Shown here in pieces: positions 1-8,240 of a stretch of 35,725 bases of DNA; positions within the stretch are counted from its first letter, which is position 1; each line of letters starts with the position of its first letter. The DNA comes from a virus: the IMG/VR virus record IMGVR_UViG_3300021057_000011, positions 1 to 35,725 of that record; one strand, written 5' to 3'. The notes beneath the pieces were generated by a model. It worked only from the letters and a program-made list of their open reading frames with translations. It did no database searches and had not been told where the DNA came from. Position numbers and translations under genes: made by a program.

Positions 1-125
1 AGCCGGTTCTGATCCCTGTTGGTCAGGAGCTGGAAGCAGTATTCGCAGTGATGGGCGCTGTGGTCGTAGATCGGGCGCTGATTGCCGCAGCGGGAGCAGG
101 GGCGGGGTTTAGCTTTTGGAGGCAT
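1..125 (-). CDS. Zn-finger-like protein, partial (runs off window)
   Basis: Manual translation MPPKAKPRPCSRCGNQRPIYDHSAHHCEYCFQLL...; AGGAGG RBS upstream; two CxxC motifs. Confidence 0.6.
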   Translation of the reverse strand, partial: MPPKAKPRPCSRCGNQRPIYDHSAHHCEYCFQLLTNRDQNR

Positions 126-498
126 CGGTTTCCTCCTGCAGGATGTTCAGGACCTCATCTATCGCTGCCGGCCGATCATAGCTGTGCCATTCGTCCTTCA
201 GGTGTTGGCTCGCCCGCTCAATCCGCCCCTCCAACTCCCGGATCCGGGCCTGGGCGGCGGTGAGGGGGTCAATTGGCCCTTGGCCTTTGCCGGTGATGAA
301 CCAGCCCACCTCACACCCGTAGAGCTGCGCGAACTGCTCCAACTCTGTCGCCCGCACATTCCGGCGGCCGGCTTCAATCTCCGAAACGGTCGGGCGATGC
401 CATTGTAGGCGCCGGGCCACTTCGCTCTGAGAGAGCTTGGAGGCCTTGCGGGCAAGGGAGATACGCTCTGCAATCGCGGCTTTATTCATCGTCGTCAT
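109..498 (-). CDS. XRE/Cro-family HTH protein with C-terminal coiled coil (start may be ATG at 489)
   Basis: IAERISLARKASKLSQSEVARRLQWHRPTVSEIEAGRRNV is a canonical XRE HTH. Confidence 0.85.
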   Translation of the reverse strand: MTTMNKAAIAERISLARKASKLSQSEVARRLQWHRPTVSEIEAGRRNVRATELEQFAQLYGCEVGWFITGKGQGPIDPLTAAQARIRELEGRIERASQHLKDEWHSYDRPAAIDEVLNILQEETDASKS

Positions 499-643
499 CG
501 ATCATGTCCTCGATCATCCAGTTCAGTTCGTCGCAGCAGTCCTTGCACATAGGGTCAAAGGGGCACTCCGGGCAGTCGTGGTCCGTCTGGGCCTTGCATT
601 GCCTGCAATGCCGCCAATCTGTTTCTTTGGCTGTTTTACTCAT
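482..643 (-). CDS. Cys-rich 53-aa protein with acidic tail (absent from ORF track)
   Basis: MSKTAKETDWRHCRQCKAQTDHDCPECPFDPMCKDCCDELNWMIEDMIDDDDE; overlaps both neighbours. Confidence 0.7.
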   Translation of the reverse strand: MSKTAKETDWRHCRQCKAQTDHDCPECPFDPMCKDCCDELNWMIEDMIDDDDE

Positions 644-1028
644 GGCTCAGGCCCTCGATCTGCTCGATCAGGGCCAGCAGAGCGGGCATACGGTCTATAG
701 CCAGCATCCAGAATTTCTCCTGATAGTAGTCGGCAAGTTCTTCAGTCAGCATGGTGTGGCGCTTGGACTCCGCTTGCTTCAACTCTTCCACCACCGGCCG
801 CGCCTCAGCGAGCAGGCGGCGGATCTGCTCCCGCTCGGATTCGAGGGTGGCGAGGCGGGAATAAGCGGCGGTCAGTAGCTCGGCTTCGGACTCAAAGGGA
901 CGGGCCTCGTGCCGCTTGCCGGTATAGTGTCGCCATGTCTCCCCATCCAGCACGATGGGATCCTCGCAGGTATGGCAGGTAGATTCAGGCAACCTGTTTG
1001 GGTTTCGGTTTGTCCCGACGTCGTTCAT
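636..1028 (-). CDS. Hypothetical protein (CxxC/His head plus coiled coil)
   Basis: ORF track; TGATG coupling to upstream gene. Confidence 0.7.
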   Translation of the reverse strand: MNDVGTNRNPNRLPESTCHTCEDPIVLDGETWRHYTGKRHEARPFESEAELLTAAYSRLATLESEREQIRRLLAEARPVVEELKQAESKRHTMLTEELADYYQEKFWMLAIDRMPALLALIEQIEGLSHE

Positions 1029-1246
1029 CACCAATCGCCTCCGTCGTTTTCAATCTTGACCGTCGCCACCACATACTCCTGATCCATGCCGCCTGTGGGT
1101 GTGGTGGCTCGTTGTCCGTTCTTTTTCTTGCACACGCTCAAGCCTATGCTGCCATTGGCGAACAGCCACAGGCTTTTGGGCCAGGTCTTGGCGAGCCTCT
1201 GCAGAGCGGCAATGGCCTTTGTCTCGGCGGGGGTCAAATCAGGCAT
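1028..1246 (-). CDS. Hypothetical phage protein
   Basis: 72 aa, GGAGG RBS, coupled to neighbours. Confidence 0.7.
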   Translation of the reverse strand: MPDLTPAETKAIAALQRLAKTWPKSLWLFANGSIGLSVCKKKNGQRATTPTGGMDQEYVVATVKIENDGGDW

Positions 1247-1493
1247 TCGGGGCCTCCTTCACAGGTTTTACGATCTTGCCGCAGAAGAAGCAGCGCACCC
1301 GCTTCTGATCCACGGCATGGGCGGTCAGGGTGTCCCGATACTCGCCCTGGTTATCCACCAGCCACACCTCACGGCTATCCGCCTTGCGAGTGAACAGGCG
1401 CTCATTGCCGCACTTGCAGCGGTATTTGGGGTTCGGCTCGGCTCCGACGTGGTGGTGATAGGGGAGATTTCCATCAAGAGGCTCCTCAAACAT
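1239..1493 (-). CDS. Zn-ribbon protein (family shared with the 15.2-16.2 kb genes)
   Basis: YRCKCGNERLF...VRCFFCG. Confidence 0.7.
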   Translation of the reverse strand: MFEEPLDGNLPYHHHVGAEPNPKYRCKCGNERLFTRKADSREVWLVDNQGEYRDTLTAHAVDQKRVRCFFCGKIVKPVKEAPNA

Positions 1494-1713
1494 CCCGCTT
1501 CATCTCCCTTTCCGCCACGCCCTTACAAGCGTCGACGATGGCGATGCAGTCGGGGCAATCAACCTGCGCGTCTGTTTTTCGGGTGAAGGTGGCAGATGCG
1601 CCGCAAAGGGTCATGTCGTCGTCGTAGGTGCACTCAAAATGGGTCAGGGAGCATTCTATTTCCAGCCCCCGATCTTCGAGGCATTCATACTCGATGTGCC
1701 TGAGCTTAGCCAT
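1486..1713 (-). CDS. Cys-rich hypothetical protein
   Basis: TLCG...VDCPDC motif; coupled ORF. Confidence 0.7.
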   Translation of the reverse strand: MAKLRHIEYECLEDRGLEIECSLTHFECTYDDDMTLCGASATFTRKTDAQVDCPDCIAIVDACKGVAEREMKRDV

Positions 1714-2041
1714 CCTTCCCCTCCTCCTCCCTCTGCCGCTCCCAATCCAGCCGCCAGTCGATCATCCAGGCGTAATTCGCCAGGTGGCGCAGATGGCGCT
1801 GAGCCTGCTCACGATCTCCGATGGCATGTCCATCCCGCGCCGCTTCGAGATGCCGACCTATGCGGCTCAGCAGCTCCTCCGTCGAAGCGGCCGTGGGATC
1901 CTCGCCGGTCAGGTAGCGCTGGCACTGCTCCCAATTACCTTTGGTGGGCTCGTATTGCTTCTCCATCAGCAGTCCTTGCAGTTTTCGGGCAAATTTCTGC
2001 AGCGGCGAATCCGGACCGTCATTCCATGATCTTTTACGCAT
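1706..2041 (-). CDS. Hypothetical phage protein
   Basis: 111 aa, GGAGG RBS, coupled. Confidence 0.7.
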   Translation of the reverse strand: MRKRSWNDGPDSPLQKFARKLQGLLMEKQYEPTKGNWEQCQRYLTGEDPTAASTEELLSRIGRHLEAARDGHAIGDREQAQRHLRHLANYAWMIDWRLDWERQREEEGKDG

Positions 2042-2618
2042 CTTTCACTTCCTCCTGTGCTTCTTTCGTCTGCTCCCCCACCAGCGCCTGCAGCTCCGCG
2101 ATGCCGGCGAGCAGAGCCTCCAGTTTGGGACTGAGATGCTCACGGGTTTCCTCATCGGGGATCCATGCCTGCTCCAACTCTGCCGCCAGCGGGGCGAGGG
2201 CAGCGAGGCGCTCCCTGATCGTGGCCAGATGGGCGCGGGCTTCGTCACGCTGGATGGCCACCATTGTTGTAACGCGCTGCTCTTTGTAGATGAATTCAAG
2301 AGCCGTTTCAGCGCCCCTTTCCAGCCTTTCCACCTCGGCCGCCAACTCAGCCACCCGCTGCCGCTCTGCTGCAAGCTCGGCGTGGGCCTGCGTTAACTCA
2401 GCCGAAAGCCCATCCCGATACGGACTCAGATCAGAGCAGGCCATATGCCCGTAGGTATCGCTGGTGTACTGGCATTTCACCACCCACTGATTGCAAAGGA
2501 AATCGGGATAATCCATGACCAGCAGCATTTGCCGATCCCGATAATCCACCAACATTCCGGGGTGTATCCATACGTACTCTTCCGGGCAGGCTGGCCCGTT
2601 ACTTGCTATGCCACTCAT
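2034..2618 (-). CDS. Hypothetical protein: PACPE leader, beta-rich head, long coiled coil
   Basis: Head aligns by eye with 2599..3012. Confidence 0.75.
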   Translation of the reverse strand: MSGIASNGPACPEEYVWIHPGMLVDYRDRQMLLVMDYPDFLCNQWVVKCQYTSDTYGHMACSDLSPYRDGLSAELTQAHAELAAERQRVAELAAEVERLERGAETALEFIYKEQRVTTMVAIQRDEARAHLATIRERLAALAPLAAELEQAWIPDEETREHLSPKLEALLAGIAELQALVGEQTKEAQEEVKDA

Positions 2619-3249
2619 TGCGAATCCTTTCCATCAGTTCCAGTCGTGTCTCGTAGCCCGGCGTGTCGGGGGTGAGGTCGATGTAGCCGGCGGCTTTCAC
2701 CAGCAGCGCGTCGAGGCGCTGGATCTTCTGCTGTGCCGCTTCAAGCTGGGAGCGGAGGCTGTCGGCTTCGGAGGGTGGGGCTGGATGTGGCGCTAAGTCA
2801 GCGCAGCGCATCGAGCCTTTGATATGGGATTTGCCCTCCGTGACGCCGTTGATCACCTGAACTTCCCATTTGCCCCGGACAATGGCCGGCTTCCCGTCGA
2901 TCACATAAGGCTCTTCGCGGCCCGTTACCCAGGCCCATGTTCCCGGCTTCATCCACCACCACTCTTCCGGGCAGGCTGGCTCAGTGCCCGTCAAATTCGG
3001 GGAGTCGGTCATACTCGCGCTTCGTCCTTTCTACGATCTCAAGGGTGACTTTTGTTCCGGGCTCGGCGTCGCAAAACTCGCCGTCGATGATGTTGCTGAT
3101 TTGATCGAAAGGTTGCAGGTAGGTTCCGCCGCCTTCGACCGTGACCTTGACGAACAGGCCAACCTGATCGCCTTCGGCTTTGACGCGGGCCAGGGCGTCC
3201 TCTGCGGCAGCCAGAAGAGGCTGAAAGGCTTCCGGGCAGGCCGGCTCAG
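2576..3249. repeat. Three dispersed ~20-nt direct repeats encoding PACPE
   Basis: ACTCTTCCGGGCAGGCTGGC identical at 2576-2595 and 2961-2980; 3229-3249 matches 2964-2984 at 20/21. Confidence 0.85.
2599..3012 (-). CDS. Hypothetical protein: PACPE leader, beta-rich head, coiled coil
   Basis: Paralogous to 2034..2618 (W..PG...W.V...G.M.C.DL.P). Confidence 0.75.
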   Translation of the reverse strand: MTDSPNLTGTEPACPEEWWWMKPGTWAWVTGREEPYVIDGKPAIVRGKWEVQVINGVTEGKSHIKGSMRCADLAPHPAPPSEADSLRSQLEAAQQKIQRLDALLVKAAGYIDLTPDTPGYETRLELMERIRNEWHSK

Positions 3250-3277
3250 GCCCTGCGGTGGGGGTGTTACTCTGCAT
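2981..3277 (-). CDS. Hypothetical protein with PACPE leader
   Basis: 98 aa, GAGG RBS. Confidence 0.7.
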   Translation of the reverse strand: MQSNTPTAGPEPACPEAFQPLLAAAEDALARVKAEGDQVGLFVKVTVEGGGTYLQPFDQISNIIDGEFCDAEPGTKVTLEIVERTKREYDRLPEFDGH

Positions 3278-3740
3278 GGGATTTCCTCCTCAGAATCACG
3301 TATCTCGAATGCTCATCTCGGCCAAATTTGGCAGCGTAGCGATCGGGGCAATGGAACACGTCCGTCCAGGTGAATCCCCATTTGCCAAATTCAGCGAACC
3401 CTTTATCGGGGCGGTTCATGGCCATCGGCTGGCCTGCATTGGTGGCGCCGTCCTCTATCTCGCGGATATACAGATCGTCCGCAAAACTAGCGGGCACCTT
3501 CCCTTTGAACTCACCGTTGCCGAAGGGGCAATTCTGACAATCGCCGCCGTTTGTACAGTAGTCGTAGGAGTCGCTCCATTGAGCCCGGCTTGTGTCGTGA
3601 GCCTCCCACAAAGCCGCGTAGGTGCGGGGCTTAAAGGCACAGCGAGGCTGTGGGCTGATGGCGTCCACACGCAAGCGATTGCGGCCTTGGCCGTCTGGGC
3701 CACTGGGGTTGTAGGGGTCGTAGGTCAGATAGATCGGCAT
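3267..3740 (-). CDS. Hypothetical protein with Cys cluster
   Basis: 157 aa; CTNGGDCQNCPF. Confidence 0.7.
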   Translation of the reverse strand: MPIYLTYDPYNPSGPDGQGRNRLRVDAISPQPRCAFKPRTYAALWEAHDTSRAQWSDSYDYCTNGGDCQNCPFGNGEFKGKVPASFADDLYIREIEDGATNAGQPMAMNRPDKGFAEFGKWGFTWTDVFHCPDRYAAKFGRDEHSRYVILRRKSHAE

Positions 3741-4054
3741 CCCTCACCTCCCGCGCGCGTGCTGCCGCCGGGCTGGGCTGCTACCAGCGGCCGAATGCTG
3801 AGAATCGCCCAGCCGTCCTGTAGCCCGTACGCAGGCCCTGTCATGACACCGAGAACCAAGCAGACTATTTCGCGGCCGGTGTAGACCAAGGGCTTGCCCT
3901 GTGCCATCTCCCCGCCCGTGTACAGGGTTTCTTTCAGGCGCAGTCCGTCGTTCGGCTTGAAATCCCGATCCGCCTTGCGAATCTCAAAGGTCTTGGTGCC
4001 GTCTAAGACTTGCTGAAACACGGGGGAATCGGTTTTGAGTTCGTGGATATTCAT
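3725..4054 (-). CDS. DUF3850 (ASCH/PUA-like) domain protein
   Basis: IHELKT..P.F..V..G.KTFEIRK.DRDF...D.L.L.E...YTGR...GL..GW.ILSI signature. Confidence 0.85.
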   Translation of the reverse strand: MNIHELKTDSPVFQQVLDGTKTFEIRKADRDFKPNDGLRLKETLYTGGEMAQGKPLVYTGREIVCLVLGVMTGPAYGLQDGWAILSIRPLVAAQPGGSTRAGGEGCRSI

Positions 4055-4503
4055 GCGTTGCTTTCCTCTCTGTGATTTGTGCCGCCGGGCTGGGTCTGCT
4101 GCTGGCCCGAGGGCTGAGCTTCTTTTGGGTCATCGCCCTTCAGCAAGCCCAGGTAAGTCTGATACTGCTCTCTCAGCCCCCTGTGCCGCTCTATATTTGC
4201 GGGCGTCGTGGTAATGCTCACCTCGCAGTAGAACGCTTCAAGTAGTTGATTGGCTGCTGCAAACCGTGCCTGATAATCGCCGGCCACCTTGCGGGCGTGG
4301 TCCTGGCCAAAGAGAGCCTCGTCCCGTTCTCGCTCCAGGGTCCGCACCAGGGCGAGCAGTTCCCGGCGATACTCCCAAAAATGATTGGTCATCTGCCGCT
4401 TGAGTTGAGCATCGCCAAGAGCAGACGGAGAAGCATTGATCCATTGCTTCTCCAGATCTTCGAGCATGATGATGTAGTCGGGGGTGGGGGTGGGGTTCGT
4501 CAC
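4051..4503 (-). CDS. Hypothetical coiled-coil protein
   Basis: 150 aa, coupled. Confidence 0.7.
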   Translation of the reverse strand: MTNPTPTPDYIIMLEDLEKQWINASPSALGDAQLKRQMTNHFWEYRRELLALVRTLERERDEALFGQDHARKVAGDYQARFAAANQLLEAFYCEVSITTTPANIERHRGLREQYQTYLGLLKGDDPKEAQPSGQQQTQPGGTNHREESNA

Positions 4504-4862
4504 GCTATAAATCCTCCGTTCATCAAATCCCGTGATTCCGGGGTGCTGTTGTGCTCTTTCCAGCGCTCGAATTCCTCTTGCAGGCTGTCGAGCCGCTCCT
4601 GCAGGTCTTCCTTGTCCCGCCTCGCCGCCGCGACCTCGTCCCGCAGCCGGCGCAGGAGGGGCAAGCCATCGTTTCTCAGGCTGATCAGAAGCTCGGCATC
4701 ATTCATCCCGATGTTCGATACCTCGACCACCACAGGCTTTGCGGCAGATGCGAAATACCCGAGGGCAGAGTGGATCACCTCAAGCCTCCACGGCCCCGGT
4801 GTCGCCTCTGCGTCCAGGGCCTCGAAGCGGGCGATCGCCTGGTCGATGTCGTCGATGGTCAT
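4500..4862 (-). CDS. Ead/Ea22-like protein
   Basis: EALDAEATPGPW and DAELLISLRN...LL motifs; AGGAGG before MTIDD (start shortened relative to track). Confidence 0.65.
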   Translation of the reverse strand: MTIDDIDQAIARFEALDAEATPGPWRLEVIHSALGYFASAAKPVVVEVSNIGMNDAELLISLRNDGLPLLRRLRDEVAAARRDKEDLQERLDSLQEEFERWKEHNSTPESRDLMNGGFIA

Positions 4863-5071
4863 GATTCCTCCTCCACGTGTTGATGCCGGCGCCGATACTC
4901 CCAGCTGTCTTTCTCGGCGAAAAACGCCTGCAAGGCGAACCCCAGCACCATGAAAATCATGTTGTTGGCGGGGCTGGCGGTGCCTGCCCACAGCTGCCAG
5001 GTGTGGTACACCACCCCGACAGCCGAGAGGCAAACCATAAACCCGGCGGCATAGAATCCAATGGCGGCCAT
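4859..5071 (-). CDS. Small membrane protein (two hydrophobic segments)
   Basis: 70 aa, two TM-like stretches. Confidence 0.65.
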   Translation of the reverse strand: MAAIGFYAAGFMVCLSAVGVVYHTWQLWAGTASPANNMIFMVLGFALQAFFAEKDSWEYRRRHQHVEEES

Positions 5072-5394
5072 TATTGGTATAAAACATCCTTTCGGTCATA
5101 CTCCTGCAGGGCCTTCTCACTGCCCGCCCCCACGGCGATTTTCAGCCCGCCGTGAATGCTCAGCCACACCCCGGAGTGCCAGCACTGCACCATCACCGCC
5201 CCGCTGCCATCGGTGGACAGCTTGTAGGTGTTGATGTCCACTTCCAGGGCTTTGACCAATTTACCGGCGTCGTAGAGCTCGAGCTGCCCGTAGACCTTTT
5301 CCTTCGGCGGCGGGGAGGCCATGGGCAGGCGTTTGATCTGTAGGGTGGGTTCCGGGGGCGTGTCGAGTCGAATCAGGCGTTTCTTCGGGGGCAT
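5071..5394 (-). CDS. Hypothetical protein
   Basis: 107 aa, TAATG coupling. Confidence 0.7.
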   Translation of the reverse strand: MPPKKRLIRLDTPPEPTLQIKRLPMASPPPKEKVYGQLELYDAGKLVKALEVDINTYKLSTDGSGAVMVQCWHSGVWLSIHGGLKIAVGAGSEKALQEYDRKDVLYQ

Positions 5395-5424
5395 AGGGCA
5401 TCCTTCAGGGATGATGTTTGCGGA

Positions 5425-5706
5425 TCAAGTGGGCCAGGGAGATCCCCACGGGCCGGGAAGGGGTCTGTTCGATCTCTCATGGGGTGGAGGAAGGGGAGGG
5501 GGCTTCTTTTTCGGTGCCGCCTTTTTAGGGGCCTTTACGGGCCTCTTAGGGGGATCGACTTCATTCACGATGCCGCAGGTTTTCTTTTTGGGGGCGAGAC
5601 GAACTCCACAGTTCCAGCAGTAGATTTGATTGGTTGTTTCGGACGTGGTCTGAGTGTAGTTGGCCCAAGAAGTGCGGGGGCAGTCAAGGTGAGCCGTGAC
5701 ACTCAC
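5425..5706 (-). CDS. Cys-containing Lys/Pro-rich protein
   Basis: GTGA overlap start; CWNCG; KAPKKAAPKKKPPP. Confidence 0.55.
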   Translation of the reverse strand: MSVTAHLDCPRTSWANYTQTTSETTNQIYCWNCGVRLAPKKKTCGIVNEVDPPKRPVKAPKKAAPKKKPPPLPPPHERSNRPLPGPWGSPWPT

Positions 5707-5924
5707 TTCCGGTAGCACCCCAAGGCGGCATAGAGCAGATACAGGGGCAGCGCCAGCAGGGCAATCACCAGCCAGGGGAGATGCTCCCTGGCGAAGGCCC
5801 ACTTTTCCGGCCAGCCCCAGGGGATTTCCTTTCGCTCGAGTTTGCCGCGCAGCCGCTGGAGCTCCAGGCCCCGCTGCGCGATTTCAAGAAGCAACGCCTG
5901 AACATTCGACGGTGTGGGAAGCAT
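5703..5924 (-). CDS. Small membrane protein (coiled N-terminus, C-terminal TM)
   Basis: LPWLVIALLALPLYLLYAALG. Confidence 0.65.
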   Translation of the reverse strand: MLPTPSNVQALLLEIAQRGLELQRLRGKLERKEIPWGWPEKWAFAREHLPWLVIALLALPLYLLYAALGCYRK

Positions 5925-5945
5925 AGGAAATGTCCTTTCTGATCG

Positions 5946-5972
5946 AAAAAGGCGCCCTGATCAAGGACGCCT
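5946..5972 (-). terminator. Rho-independent terminator
   Basis: AGGCGTCCT-TGATC-AGGGCGCCT followed by a T run. Confidence 0.7.
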
Positions 5973-6000
5973 CGAATGATGAGCAGAGCTCAAACCTGGA

Positions 6001-6093
6001 TCAACAGGATTTCTTCTTGCCGCCCATTTTGGGCGGGAATTTGGGCGGCTGCTTGGAGCCGGTCTTGGGTGCGGGTTTCTTCTTGTCGGCCAT
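6001..6093 (-). CDS. 30-aa Lys/Pro-rich microprotein (absent from track)
   Basis: MADKKKPAPKTGSKQPPKFPPKMGGKKKSC; GGAGGT RBS; terminator downstream. Confidence 0.6.
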   Translation of the reverse strand: MADKKKPAPKTGSKQPPKFPPKMGGKKKSC

Positions 6094-6154
6094 GGGGAAG
6101 GACCTCCGGGGTGGGGATCCTTTTAGCCTACCCGATGGGATCGGCAAAAACAAG

Positions 6155-7225
6155 CTAGGGGTCGAACAAATAATCAAAGCGCTCGGAGACCACCGGGGTG
6201 GGCTCGAGCGGAGTGTCGGGATGGATGTCCAGGTAGGACCAGATCAGGGGCGGGAGCTCTTTCGTGGCCGCTTGTTTGGCGGCTGTATGGACTCCCTCTG
6301 CCGGCCAAAGAGGCTCTTTCACCGTCAACAGGGTCCGGTTGGGGCGGATAGCGTGCAGCACCTTCCCATCCAGGCAAAAATACACCGGCACGAAGGTGAG
6401 GGCTTTGGTAGCTTCCTCCCGATGCTGACGGGAGTGTGCCACGATCCGTTCCCGGTTTTGAGCATACTCCGCATCGGACAGGTTGCGGAGGGTCTCAGCG
6501 ACAGTCTCTTCAGCGAGGTTGACGGGCCTCGCGGTCAGCGGATAAAGCCGCCCTGACGTGACATCCCTAGCGGTCAGCTGATACTCCCCTTCCTCCGGCG
6601 GCGCAGTACGAAGCTGCAGGGCCTCCAACCGGTCCCGGATCTGCTCAATGGTGATCCCGGGGACCAGGGTGACCCGATCGCCGCAATGGGGCTCGGCATT
6701 CTCCCCTGTGGGGGCGACGATCTGTGCATGCGGCCTACGGCTAGAAGCCAAGCGTCTAAATTGCCGGCCACCCATGAACGTGTGCTTGCCCACGAAATCT
6801 TCCCGCTCGGTCACCGCCCGGTCAATCAGGGACTGCAAAAAAGCACTGACCGGCAGGTTGGTGAGGACTTCGAGGTTGAGGACATCCGCACGGGTCAGGC
6901 AGTCTCCCGGGCCCCAGGAAAAGTCGATCACGACCCGGACCTGGCCCTGGGAATTGTAGCGACAGTCGGTGCAGTCCACCGTCAGGGTGAAGGCGGGCTG
7001 CAGGATCCGATTGATCGTTTTTGGGCCCAGATCCCCTACCAAATGCCCGCGCAGTTCCAGTTGAGCGGCGGTATAGGAGAGAATCTTCCCCCAGGCCGCG
7101 CTATGGTGGTCTCCCATCAGGGTGGGAAGATGCGTTTCGCGGCGGCTGGAATAACTTCCTTCGAACTGGAGCAGGATCTGGGCGAGGGTATCGTGGAAGT
7201 GGAAGTCGAAGCGGGTGACGTTCAT
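6155..7225 (-). CDS. Hypothetical protein, 356 aa
   Basis: Long ORF on the coding strand with GAGG RBS; no recognised family. Confidence 0.75.
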   Translation of the reverse strand: MNVTRFDFHFHDTLAQILLQFEGSYSSRRETHLPTLMGDHHSAAWGKILSYTAAQLELRGHLVGDLGPKTINRILQPAFTLTVDCTDCRYNSQGQVRVVIDFSWGPGDCLTRADVLNLEVLTNLPVSAFLQSLIDRAVTEREDFVGKHTFMGGRQFRRLASSRRPHAQIVAPTGENAEPHCGDRVTLVPGITIEQIRDRLEALQLRTAPPEEGEYQLTARDVTSGRLYPLTARPVNLAEETVAETLRNLSDAEYAQNRERIVAHSRQHREEATKALTFVPVYFCLDGKVLHAIRPNRTLLTVKEPLWPAEGVHTAAKQAATKELPPLIWSYLDIHPDTPLEPTPVVSERFDYLFDP

Positions 7226-7380
7226 CGATCCTCGTCCTGCAATAAAATCTGCCTCAAATACTTCGACAGGTGCTCAAGCAACTCTGCCGCCCGATCTCGG
7301 TCTTCCAGGTCAATGTAGCCACAGCCGCGCTCCCAATCCTTGAGCTCGAGAAAACGGTAATCCTCAGACGTAGTGGACAT
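7222..7380 (-). CDS. Hypothetical 52-aa protein (absent from track)
   Basis: MSTTSEDYRFLELKDWERGCGYIDLEDRDRAAELLEHLSKYLRQILLQDEDR; ATGA overlap. Confidence 0.55.
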   Translation of the reverse strand: MSTTSEDYRFLELKDWERGCGYIDLEDRDRAAELLEHLSKYLRQILLQDEDR

Positions 7381-7594
7381 AGATCAACTCCTTTTTCACG
7401 GCCTCGTAGTCCTTCTCCCAGCGCTGCTGCACCAATTCATGATCCCCCTTAAAGCGACTGTAATAGGACACCTCTTGCGCGCTCCAATACCCATTGTCTT
7501 TTTCGTAATTGAAACGCACACGGTATTCATGATCGTAATCCTTGCGTTCATCTGCCTGGGATTTAATCCGCGCTTTTAGATCTTTAGTGCTCAT
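7364..7594 (-). CDS. Hypothetical protein
   Basis: 76 aa, GAGG RBS. Confidence 0.7.
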   Translation of the reverse strand: MSTKDLKARIKSQADERKDYDHEYRVRFNYEKDNGYWSAQEVSYYSRFKGDHELVQQRWEKDYEAVKKELIYVHYV

Positions 7595-7647
7595 GGGGAT
7601 TACCTCTGGGGGTAGAATGGATCGGATCCGGGGGAGGGGTCAAGGGG

Positions 7648-8016
7648 TCAGATGCCGAAGCGGCGAGGCGGCCCACTAAACGAAGAGGTTTGCTGCGTAG
7701 CGAGAAACGCATCGATGGGGTCTCGGCCTGTCGCAATCGCAGCCTGTATTAGGCCTCGCGCAACAGAATCTACGTTCCGCATTCCTGCCCACTCCAAGCG
7801 TCGTTTGAAGTCATCGAACAGCTGCCGCATAGGTTGCGTCATATCCGGGGCGTCGGGGTTGTACACCCCAACAAGCGTATCCAGGGCTCGTTGAAAGGCC
7901 CTGAAGTGGTAAGTGCGCTGCACCGCCATCTGAGAAGCCACCAGGTGCCCTCTCGCTCGATTCTCCCGGTAGACCCGGTAGACCCGCAGCCAGGCACGGC
8001 GGGTGGGGTTCATCAA
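7648..8016 (-). CDS. Hypothetical basic protein
   Basis: 122 aa, coupled. Confidence 0.6.
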   Translation of the reverse strand: MMNPTRRAWLRVYRVYRENRARGHLVASQMAVQRTYHFRAFQRALDTLVGVYNPDAPDMTQPMRQLFDDFKRRLEWAGMRNVDSVARGLIQAAIATGRDPIDAFLATQQTSSFSGPPRRFGI

Positions 8017-8240
8017 ATAAAATCCATCAGAAGATCACAGTAAACCGGAAGACGCTCTACGGGTGTCAGCACCTCTGAGACGTACTTCCCCACTGTATGA
8101 GCATCGTAGCGCAGCACCTTCATCCTACCGCCTTTGGTGAGAATAAACTCGACCCGATGCCGATTGGTGTCGGCTTCCTTGAAGGCATTCGTGGCGATAT
8201 GCTTCCAGCCCTCGGCCAGCAGCTGTTTGAGTTTGGTCAT
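8013..8240 (-). CDS. Hypothetical protein
   Basis: 75 aa, AAGGAG RBS, ATGA overlap. Confidence 0.7.
   Translation of the reverse strand: MTKLKQLLAEGWKHIATNAFKEADTNRHRVEFILTKGGRMKVLRYDAHTVGKYVSEVLTPVERLPVYCDLLMDFI

Noticed and set aside
4863-5120. Long N-terminal extensions in the ORF track (e.g. 4500..5120, 8237..9151, 14940..15524, 21619..22257, 24834..25874)
   Set aside because: They overlap better-supported upstream genes; internal starts with an RBS and stop/start coupling were preferred.
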